Source of the DNA: Podarcis tiliguerta
Lineage: Eukaryota
Assembly (NCBI GenBank): GCA_965153285.1
Contig: OZ229117.1
DNA: 64,000 nt
Direction: 5' to 3' (one strand)
Shown piece after piece: positions 27,701 to 39,700 of the stretch. A program made the position numbers and the translations under genes. The notes below the pieces were generated by a model. It was not told where the DNA came from, made no database searches, and saw only the letters and a list, made by a program, of their open reading frames with translations. The stretch's first letter is position 1; each line of letters opens with the position of its first letter.

Positions 27701-30700
27701 GAAAGCTGTTTTGAATTTAATCTTCTGGTAGCCACTGTAACCACATGGCTGTAGTAGCTTAATCCAATAATAAAAGTCGATCTTCCACATTCAGAAATAG
27801 CTGCAAGTGACATAGCAGCATTCCTGCAATCTCACATGTATGAGGGGTAATTATGCATGGCTTTTTAAATCAGAGAATGAAGTGCAGTCTGCAGTTTTCT
27901 CCTATGAAATATCAGCATGATAAAGACAACTAGATATGAAATGGAGAAAAGCTGCTCAGGGCTGGTATTGGAAACCAATATTCTGAGCATGGTCTTAAAT
28001 AGAGCAGGGACTAAGGTACTGTGTGCTTTTTCAGAGGATCAACCTTTAAGTCAAGTTTACACAATCCATCAAATTTATTACATTTATGTCCTTTCTTTCC
28101 TCCAGGAAGCTTAAGACAGTTCTCTCTTTTGATCTTCACAGCAACTTTATGAGGTAGCTCAGAACTAGACCATGTGACTGGCCAAAGTAATTCAGTAAGC
28201 TTCTGGCTGAATGACAATCTGGGTTGGGATTTCCCCATCCTACTGTGACAATCTACCGACAGTTCCCACCCATCCCAAAATTTTGGAGAAAATCCTTAAA
28301 AGCACTGAGTTCCTTTCATTGCACATGTGAGTAGAAAAAGCCACACACGACAAGAAGAACTTTGGGTAATATTCATTTGTTGCTGGCTCAGCTCAATGTT
28401 ACTCTTATGCTGCTGGAACTAGTTAAACAGGTTGAATATTGTTAACATTAATTTGAGCGGATGAGATTATGTTTGAGTTTCTTTGGAGAAATAGGCAACA
28501 TAGGATTTTTTTAAAAAAGCAAATAAATTTCAAGACCATCCCCACTGGTCACCTGTTTACAGAATGCAACTAGGTCTGAAAAAAGCTAGGTCACTATGCT
28601 TGGAATCTGAGCACTGAGACACTGCTCCCTCTCTCTCTCTTTCTCTTTTTAAAAATACTTTATGTACACTTATGCATCATACAAATAAACAATAAATAAA
28701 ATGAACATGTAATACAAAACCAGAAACATACAAAGCAAAAAAACCCACATACCGTATTTTTCGCCCCATAGGGCGCACCGGCCCATAAGGTGCACCTAGT
28801 TTTTTGGGGGGGAAATAAATGAAAAAAAATTTCCCCCCCCCCCCCAAGGCGCGAGGCTGAGGCGGGGGAAGCCCGAGCTTCCCCTGACCCCAGCCCCCAG
28901 AATAGGCTGCTCTCCGCAAGCCGTGGGAGCCCTCCCGTGGCTTGCGCAGAGCTACCTGAAGCCCCAGCGCGACTGCTGAGCACGCCGGGGCTTCGGGATA
29001 AGAGGCAGCGCTGCGCAAGCCGGGGGAGCCCTCCCGCGGCTTGTGCAGAGCTACCCGAAGCAATATCCCTCCAGATTTATTTTTTCCTTTAAATGAAGAT
29101 TTCCAAGTCTTGCCATCACTACCTTGAATCAGGAGAGAAGGAAAGCTATGAAAGAAAAATAGTGCTCGGAAAACTGCCTCAATGGAGCAATATTCAGAAA
29201 AGTGTTTTACTGGAAAATGCATCAGTGCACTAATGACCTGAAGGCAAACACTTCCAGCAATTATACAAACAATTATGAAACTGTGAATGACTGAAGCTCT
29301 TCAAGTAAACATAGTATTACTTTTTTTAACTTTAGAATTTATGAGCACAGTAACAGTGTACAACGCCACCTTAGAGACTACATTTTATAGAGCTTTCAGA
29401 GGATGAATGAACAATTCTAGACATTTTCCTGAATCCTGAAACTCCCAGGAGAAGATGCAGTTGGCATACCAGTTGGTACTTTGATCCACAGACATCACCT
29501 GTTACTCTTCCAGAATATATTTCTCTAGTGTACCTTTCTTGCTAGCAAGTACAGGATGGTCTAGATCTACAGTAAAAGTTGGTGGTCCACCCATTCCATC
29601 AATTAAAATAGCCTTAGAAAAGTACAGAACGAAAGATCTTACGGCTTGCTGCTGTTCTGTTATGCGCTATTTAAAACATATTAATAATTCTCTATTAAAA
29701 ACCCTTTTGATATATTCATTTCAACAAGACTTCAATTCTTTCTTATTTAGAAATAAAATTAAGATTACTGCCCACCACCTAATCTTCCTCAGCCTTACCT
29801 CTGATATGGTAGACTTGCAAACCTCTCTAGCCACTGATTCAAATTTTGGATCTGTAGTCAGGTTCAACTTGTAGTTCCACAACAGCTGGGAGGGAAGAAA
29901 CACAATACTGTTATTTTTCAACTGCAGGAATCTTTCATGAGCCAGACGTAAAACAAACTAATGATATCTTTATTGTGGTTTTGAGGCTGCTTTGTGCAGG
30001 TTAAAATTTAAATCTATGTGAACACAAGCCAACCAACTCATTTCCTGCACAGCAGTTTTCATGTGATTTTCAGAAACACATTAATATACTGATGCTCTGA
30101 CATATAGAGAATACAGAATTTAGGGGAGCATGTGGTGTGTAAATCTCATTTTTTTTAAAAATCAAACGAGAGCTTACTTCTATGGCTCATAATCATGAAG
30201 AATCTCAAAACAAACAGAGCCATAATTAGTGGAGCTTGGGCTTCTGTGCTTATGACAGCACCCATGGCCAATCAGTCTTCTCCATGCCATGCCATGAGAG
30301 CATTCCACTGCAGAGAAAGTTTAATAACCCATCTGTACCCCTCAGTTTGTGTGTGTGTGCGTATTTTGATTGTTATAGGCTAGAATGTTAGAATTCAACC
30401 AATATTTGAAGAATTAACAGAAGGTGCCTGACACTGAATTTAGCAGTGTAAAAATACATGCTAAACTTGAATTTATCCTGATCAAGGAATCATCTTTAAG
30501 AAACAAAGACAGTCGTGACCCATCAAGATTGGCAAAGCAAAAGCTGTGCCAGCCACAAACAGGAGGGGATCATTAGCAAGAAAAAAGACCAATAGTTTTG
30601 GTTTAGGATTACAGTTTGCCTGTTAGAAGTGAACAGGAAAAGGGTGTCTGTTTTACAAGCTTGGGGGAGGGGGAGCACACACACACACACAAAATGGATG

Positions 30701-33700
30701 ACAGTCTCTTTTATGATGCAGAAAGGGTCAGACACAATGTTTGGGAGCTCTTTGAATTCAAGGCTGCAGTAATGGAAGGAACAGGACTGTCTTGGGATGT
30801 GAATGCTCTGACCTCCCTCCATCTAGGCTAAGATTGTATATATGTGTAAATAAACCATGTATCATAAAGCTGCCACCATCTCTGATGTGCCTCATTGTCC
30901 AAAACGAAAAACAGACCCTGGTAAGCATGCCTAGTACCCCAGGAATATAGATATAGGTAGAGATATGTGTCGGTGAATAGCTGTTTCAGGTAGATGAGTG
31001 GAACAGGAAGGAAGAGACTTAAAATGCCCTGTCTACCCAATTCATTGAAAGAGTCTTCCTATTAACACAATGTCCTCCAGTCCACTTTTTACTTTACTTT
31101 ATTTATTTTTTAAGTTAACCATCCTTCATCTAAAGGGTGATGTATAACAATATTAAAATATAACAACAGGGAAATATAATCCACTCTAAAGTAAAAACTA
31201 AAAGGGCAGCAGCTAAAATGCAAAAATGAGACCTAAGACAGATGAAGTCACTTTAAAATGACTGGGCAAAAAAGGAAATCTTAACTTTGCACCAAAAAGA
31301 TTGTAATATCAGCACCAGATTAACAAGATGGGGTGCCACTGAATAGTATCATTTTAATTAAGGAATTCTTCTGTGCATACATAAGCCCAAACATCATACT
31401 ATCCTACTTGACTGGATTTAGTACTTATGTTCCTATCAAGATGGTCACACAAAAATCTAAATTGTCTATATAGAGCACAGAGAAATAAACAAGCAGGAGC
31501 CTTTACTACTTAAAAGGAGTTGGCCTAGGATCCCTGAAAGAAGCCAATTTGCCAGAAGCAAATATTGCAAAGTAATAATAAATGCCACTTACAGCTCCCT
31601 CCCTGTTTTCTTTAAAAGGGCTTTAAATATCTGGTTTTATTAGGATTTTAAACTGTATTTTCTCTTTGGCATATGGCTTTCTACTGGTCTAATTATAAGT
31701 TGTGAGGTGCTGCTCTTTTAAGGTTGTTTTTTAAGATATTGGTTTTAAATGTTATATTTATTCTAAGCCACCTTGAAAAAGTCAGAATATAAATCACTGA
31801 ATCAATAAAGAAGCAAGTGCCAGCCCTACAGAAAAAAAGCACACTTACGTGGTTGCAGTCTGATGAGATTTCATTGTCCGGCTGGAAAAAGAAAGAAAGG
31901 GACATTAATTCTGAGCAGGTCATGTTGCACTGTATTCCTTCCACACGAACAGGCACAAACTATTGTTTCAGAATAATGTGCATTATTAAATAAATGATGA
32001 AATCAGACCACAAGAGATTGTCAACTCACAGATTAAAGGCAAATTTATCTAATCTAATCAATCTCTGCTGCCCAGGGAAATGGCCTCGACTGAAAGGCAG
32101 CAGTCATGGGATGTTTTGCTTTTTTGGAACAGTGGTCTTGTATTGCTTTTGCAATAGTGTTATTTCATAAAGCAATGAAGTGTAGACAAGCCAGAGATTT
32201 ATAAGGCACACTAGAGGTTCCATCAAACTAAAGCAAGTAGAATTTAATTCATGAAATATTTCTCATGACCTCTTCAGATCATAGGCCATCCAGAATTTTT
32301 TTATCCTGTCCATGGGTCACAGTTCACAATTAGGAATTACAATTTTGAAGAAAAGTGCTAACAAAACCCTCATGAATTTTATTTTGCTCCCTTTGGAGCA
32401 AAAGTCCATAAGTTATCAAGTCTCCGCCCAGACAGAGTGGAACGGAATAAAAAGAGGCTGTATTAATTGCCCTCCACAACAGGCCTGCCTGAAAACTACC
32501 ACTCACAGCCATGAAAGTCTCTGCTCAACCAGAACTTCCATCAGAACTCCTCTGGCTGCTACTTTTCCACTTAATGCCCTGCTTGCACATCACAAAGTGC
32601 CATATTTACACCATTACCCCTTCAAATCCTTCTGCAAAACCAATCTTTTTTGTACAGTGATACCTCTTGTGACATTTGCTTCATGATATGTTTTTTCAGG
32701 TTGCATCCCGCGGCAACCCGGAAGTACCGGAAAAGGATTACTTCCGGGTTTCACCACTCGTACATGCACAGACGCACAAAATGACGTCACGCGTATGCAC
32801 AGAAGCTGTGAATCGCGACCCGCGCATACGCAGATGCACAGACGTGGGTTGCGTTCCTTTCAGGTTGCGAACGGGGCTCCGGAACGGATCCCATTCACAA
32901 CCAGAGGTACCACTGTAATGTGTTTAGATTTAACTATGCTCAAGTACATGTAAGCTCATCTGCTCACATTCACTAGCTTTTGGTGGATAGGGACTTCTTT
33001 TGTTTATAACACTATGAAGCATCATGTGCACAAATGACTCCATATATTTATGAAATACTGATAGTTGTACCCATCCCTAATCAAAAGGCCAGAAAAACCA
33101 CTCAGTCCCTCCAGCCTCATAGCTCCCCGTGCCCCAAGCCACCTTGCTGCTAGCTCCAGTGGAACTCATTCTGGCTCCTAGTCGGAAAGCTGACTATTAC
33201 TCCACAACAGCCTTGATTCTCCAAAACTGTAGATGCACAGGCGTCAGCTTCACAATGGGAGCAGCACAGGCTTCAGTGAGCCTCTCTCTGCATTTCCCCT
33301 CAACCTGAACTGGGTTGCTTGTTCTCTGAGCTTCCTTGGCAAAGGTCCTTCACGTTGAGTTCAACCACTGTGCCTTCACAACTGCTTGTTACTTCTTGCA
33401 AAGCAGCCATGTGATATCAGTATTTGCCTCAGTGGGCGAGACCCAGCAGCAATATTTTGGAACACCCTGACCCTTGTGTAATTTTCAGCAAGAGACTCAG
33501 GTCATATCCTGCATTGTAAGAATTCTTATGTAGCCCTCCAGGATATTTATGCACTGTGGCTGCAGAGGTGAATGGAAGCACACTCATGCCTCTGCTACCA
33601 GCCAGAGGACCAAGGGCCACTCAGAGGCTGTACCCCCAGTTCCCAGAAAGGATCTTGACAAGGGGAAGAGGAACCTGGCCCTAGATGTCAGCCAGAGAAA

Positions 33701-36700
33701 GAGCAGCTTCAACAGCTTCTTGCCCTGGGACTGGAGAAGTTAGCAAAGGCAAAGGACACTCTCATGGCCCCATCCACCAGCCAAAGGGTCAGGAGCCACC
33801 GGCTGCTTTCAAGCCAGGGAAGACCTGCCCCACACAAGCTGGATAAAAGTGCCTGCTTTGTTATTAATTTGATCTCCTTTCTCTACCTTTTCTCTCCACT
33901 ACCTTCACTGTGTGTCTTTTGTCTTTTTAGTTTCTAAGCCAGATGGCAAGGCCTGATTTTTTTTAAAAAAAATGTCTTCTTTGGCCGACAGTAATTGTGG
34001 GTCTGAAAAGTGAGACCAAAATACAGTAATAACATGATTTTTAAATAAAGTAAGCAAACAATCACACAAGTAGAGTGATGTTTTATGTTTGGTGCCTCAA
34101 TGCACAATATTTTTGTCTCATTGCTTATCCTCCCAGTACCCTCACCAGGAAACACGCTCCAATCCCTTTCTGCATCAACAAAAAACAAATGAAGATATAT
34201 ATGACACATTTTCAGGCAGAGGTCATCCATAACAACTTACAAACAGTAAAAGCTTAAGTATAAATATCAGTATCACTCAGTATCACTATTGAGCAATATC
34301 ACTATAGCTAAAAGCAATACACTATTTTATTACACTGACTAAGGCTCTGGGGGGGAAGAAAAAAGGAGAAGACCATTTCATTTTCTACAGTCTACACAGT
34401 GGGTGGAAAGAGACAAGCTTTATATAGCCTTTCAATGAGATCCATATCCCAGCAAACAGGATGTGGTATTTTTAAACGACAAGGGAGTCCACTTCTCTGA
34501 AAACAGTTTTCCATAAGCCTATTTAGCACAGAGAGTGTACAAAAAGAGTGCTGCTCTGTTCCACAGTGGTCCTACTGAATTGTTTTTTGCTTCTTCCAAG
34601 CAAGGCAACAACAAAGCATTTTAACCATGTGGCTTTTTATCTACTAGCAGTGTTCGAAATTAGCCGGCCTTTTGCAACTGAATGAAGATGTCCAGGAGCC
34701 ACCCTTGGTGCCTAACATCTCCACCTGCCTGGCTGCAGTCATCTGGTCTGCTGGGCACAGAGGCTGGTCTGCTAGGCACATCGGCAGCAAAAGATGCACG
34801 TCTTTTTCTGCACAGCGCTACCCCCCCCAAAACACCAGATTTGCCCAGCAGTGCAACAGAAAAGTGTCTTTGCTGTGTCTTTATTTTGCTGTCGCGCAGC
34901 CAGGTGAATCAGGTGTTTGGTGGGGTAGAGCGGTAGCAAAAAATGCATCTTTTGCTGCCATGCTACCCTGCAACCCCGATTCTCCCTGCAGTTTTTTTTT
35001 TGTTGTTGTTTTTTGCAGGGTGCCTGGTTTGGTAAGAGGGCAACAACAACAAAAAATGGCACCGAGACATTTTGTTTTGGCACCCACAACCTAGTCTCAG
35101 TAGCCACATGACTCCTAACATTCCTATCTCAGTATCTAACACGGTCTACTAGGATACACGGCCAAGCTAAGCTTTTTCTTTTTTAAAATATCAGCATAAT
35201 TTTGTTCATACATCTTGACTGGCCATATACCCCAAACCGGCAATAAATTTTAACAATGGAACAGATACCTATATATAGCCCTAAGATCTTGTTCAGTGGT
35301 CTAGGTGCATATTTAAAATTTATAGTCATCCGCATCAGCAATGGAAGGGCATGAGCAACCAAGCACCCAGAATGTTTCTAGCCCTGCCAAGGTAAGGTGA
35401 GTTAGTCTAAACACCAGCTCATGTTTTCTTCACAAGGGACATGTAAATGGAGTTGCTAAAATGCCTGCTTAATTTCTGTTTCTGATTGAACATGACAATT
35501 AAGCTGGCAAACATTTCTGGCATTGAAATTTGGATTGCGTTGAAGACAATATCATTTTCTCTTTTTTTTCTTTTTTTAAAATAATTTTTATTGAATGATT
35601 CCATGCCACAAAAAACAATACAACCACACTACCACCAAATACAATCAAGATATAAAAACCACATACATCAATATTTAGTTTGTTATTTGTTATTTACCGT
35701 CTTATTTCCTCTCAAACATTCCATACAAAAACACACATATGTGCAGACACCCACACACCCACACCCACAATGATAATAATGAAAGTAAATATTTTTTCCC
35801 CTTTTATCTTTCAGTATCTTTTCTTCAACTTTGACTTCCTGTAACAATATCATTTTCTTGGTCAAATAAAAACTTCTTCTGGCAAAGCATTAAACATTAG
35901 CATACTTTAAGATTATGAACTGCCTTTATTCTAACTGATTTAGTCAGTTCTTATACTTTTTGGGAATGTAAATGTGCTTCCAGTTTTAATTCTAATAAAA
36001 GATTTATGCTTCAGGTATGCAAAGCTTGAGCAATGCTGATCTAGTGAATGGGACCTGCTCCTGTAGCCTTGAACTGCAATAAAGATTGCCCTATATTCAT
36101 AATGAGAGCAAGCCACAATGGATTTTTCCTGGATCCCAATAAAAGATGCCGTCAAATTTGCTTCCTAAAATGTCCATCACCATCATGGTATGCACAGCTG
36201 GGGATTTAGGTTATTTGAACTGTAACACTCAAGGAAAAGGGGGACAAGACGACAAAGCAGAGAGGCCATAAACAAATTTTAGTGCCTCCTCCCCAATTTT
36301 GTTTAAAAATGGTGGGATTTCCCTCAAGAAAAACAAGGGCAAGGAAGAATGAAGCCAAATGTCCACTACTGATTTTACATTAACTGAGATGCAACTTGGA
36401 TGACTCTTCAAGCAATGCATGCTTACTGATCCTAGTAGCTTTACTGAAGTCACATAGCAATGGTCTCAAGAAGGAATCATGAACTCACATTGTTCCTCTA
36501 AAGGAGGGGTGGCCAAGTCCCCAGAATCTACGATCTACTCACAAAATTAAAAACTGGCAGTGATCAAACCCCTTTTTGGGAGGTTCAGGTCAAAGTTGAG
36601 CTTTTTTTAGGGAGGACGTCTTCCGTTCTGCAGATTGTGCAACAATGGAGGGCAGGGCGAGGGGCCGGGGCCGGATTCACGATTGACCAAAACCTCCCGG

Positions 36701-39700
36701 GGATCTACAAGTAGACCGTGATAGACCTGTTGGGACATCCCTGTTCTAAAGCATTATGGCTCACCAATGAGTTTTGCAGAGAAATGCGAGAGTGGGTGGC
36801 TTTTGTGCTGTTCCCTATGATACAAAAACCCACTGATATGCCCACTTTTGCCTCTAATTCTACCCACCACTGGCATAGGGAATGTGTCTCTCTGGATGAA
36901 AAAGGTTCCTCACCCCTGAACTGAAGCTTCAGTCTTCCTAACATTCCTCCACGGAATTTTTTTTTCTAGCACCAGACCTTTTAGACTGTAAATGTGAAGC
37001 CAGGGGGTGTTTTTTTTACAGATCTATAAGCACCTCTAGAAACCATTTTGGGTGAAGAGCAGGATAAAAATGTTTCACATAACCCAGGATAGCTCAGTTG
37101 GTAGAGCATGGATATCTCAGGATAATGGGTTCAAGCTCCACATTGGGCAAAAGATTCCTACATTGCAGGTGGTTGGATTAGAAAACCCTTGTGGTCCCTT
37201 CCAACCCTATGATTCTATGACCTACACATTCAAAATTAGAAACTGTCTTCTTTCCTTCTGATAAATAAAAATAAGAGAAGTTGGCAGCGTTCAACTGGCT
37301 TGCTTGCTTGCTACTAAGTTCTCCACAGCGGAAGTCTGTGGTCCGCTTCCTTCAAGATCACCCAAAAGAGGCAGTCATTGAGCTGTTGCAGTTCATTAAG
37401 CCTACGTTAAATTAATCATAGTGACAAATTATCAAAAGGCAGATGTGTTCGTCTACTGTAGTCTATTGGCACTGCAAAGACCAACAGAATCTACGTGGCA
37501 GAAGCTTTTGCAGGCCATGGCCCACTCCAGCAGATGTGTGAAATGTTATCCTCAGTTGGTAGATTGTTCATGAAAGCTTTTATTATTCCATTAGCCTTTA
37601 AGATGCCACCAGACTTTATTTTTTAAATTAATTAGTTTAAAAGCCAGCCTAAATCAAATATTTTAAAAAGGAAAGTTTAATTAGAAAAGAGACTTTGACG
37701 CAAGCTACCCACGTCCAAGTGACTGACAAGGCACTTCCAACAAAAAGTCATTGTCCAAATTGCCCAAAAAAATTCAGCCAAGGCCACAAAGGAAACAGAG
37801 CACAAGGTAATGCAATAAAAGCTTGGCAACCTTCTGGTGGAAGTCCCAGAGGGACCCTTAGCTGAGACTTCATGTGGCCAGAAGCCACAGGATTCTAGAA
37901 AATCTCACACTGATGAATCTCTCAACAAAGGCAACACTTGCCTTGCCTATGTCTAAAAGGGTTCAAATTTCATTTAAGTGCCAAGAAAAACCAAGAACAT
38001 TTGTTTGTGAGCACCTTACACTACTGGAACACTAATGAAGTAGTGGGTAAAGGCATGGTAGTCCCTTAGATGGCACAACAATAATCATCCCTTGTAAAAG
38101 CAGATGGTGGGAGTAGATTGCCCATACTTTTAAAACTTTGACGCTTACTCTCATCTCAGTACCTTCTCAACACCCATTAACTACTGTTAAGGCCGATTTC
38201 AGACTTGAATGGGCTATTCAAAAAAATAACTAGAATTTGGTTTTTAAACCTTACAAAATAATATTCAAGGTAAACACACTGAAATTAATGGACCGTTGTA
38301 TTGGTGGTCTGCATGCAAAGAAAATGCATTGTATGTGGGACTGCTTTTGAAAGTGTCCAGCAGCTGCAGCTTGTTCAAAACGTGGCAGCCAGGTAGCTGA
38401 TTAACCTCACTGTTGAAACTGCTGCACCAGCTCTCTTATTTGTTTCCAGGCTAACTGAAAAGACTGGTTATGTGTGACCTTTTAAGTCCTCTGATTTATG
38501 AGCAAGATATCTGAAGGACCTCCTTCTCTCCATATGTGAGCCTGCCTGGCTCATTAAGATCATCGACAGAGGGACCCTCTTGTCTGCTCCAAGTCCACAT
38601 TTCTTTGTTGTTGTGCCTAGACTCAGAACTCCCTGCCTAGGGAGCTCTCATCAGCCTTCCACTGCTGCGTCAATACCCTTTTCCAAGGATGGGTTGTACA
38701 GCTCAGCCTTATTATACTCATACAAATCTATTCCATTGTTACTGCTGCCATTTTTTGGAATCATAGAGTTGGAGGGGACCCTGAAAATCATCTAGTCCAA
38801 CCCCCTGCAATGCAGGAATATGCAGCTGCCCTTTCAGGGATCAAACCTGCAACCACAGCATTATTAGCGCCACACTCCCAATTGAGCTATTCTAAGTGGT
38901 TCATTGTTAATGCTGCTTTTTGTTTGTGGCATTTTATTACTGTGTTAACTGAATAAGACTGCACAGGGAAAGACAGAATATAATATATACTTATATCCCA
39001 CTGATTGCTCCCTACCACCTATTTACAGCAATAACTACTGTTTTAGAGACCTTAGAACTAGCTACTCTTCAAATATCGGCAAATACTGGAAATTCCAACT
39101 GAAGTTCCTGTTCACCTTTTACTGGTCTCAAAGCCCTACCAGATCATTTCATTTAAGCATAGACCGGTCTTTGCCTGCTTGGTACCCTCAGATGTTTGGA
39201 CTACAACTTCCATCAGCCCCAGCATTAGCACTGACACTCCTTAAGTAGGAGGAACAGAGTAGGCTCATGCAAGCAAGAAGACTGAAGTTGAAAAGTGTCC
39301 CCAGCACAGTTTTCACGGCTGTTACACTGAGCATAACTAATTATGCTTTTGCTTTTAGTAATGTCTTGCTCTGGCTTTCCTTTGCAAAGTCTCGCTATGA
39401 AACGAGATTTTTCATACATTTGAGCTAGAGGGAGGAATTTTTTTCCTCGGTCAGCATTTTCATTGTACAAGTCCACCTGGATTGGCTCCCTCCTACTAAG
39501 AACTGCAACATCTGTAACTGCTTTGAGATAAGCCATTTGCTTCATTTTTTAAAAAGTGAACAGAACTTTTAAAAAGAGCTCAGTTAGCAGGAATCCCAAA
39601 GGACTATGCTATGATAGTTCAGTTGGTAGAGCATGAGACAGGGTTAAAGCACCATGTTGGGCAAAAGATTCCTGCATTGCAAGCAGTTGAATTACATGAG

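Noticed and set aside
28910-29062. CRISPR-like palindromic repeat-spacer array
   Set aside because: Only two units, inside a transposon fragment in a vertebrate intron, with no cas genes.
37086-37150. tRNA gene (also 39612 and 38830-38890)
   Set aside because: The tRNA-like head is degenerate, cannot form a full cloverleaf, and runs into a CR1-like tail; these are SINEs.
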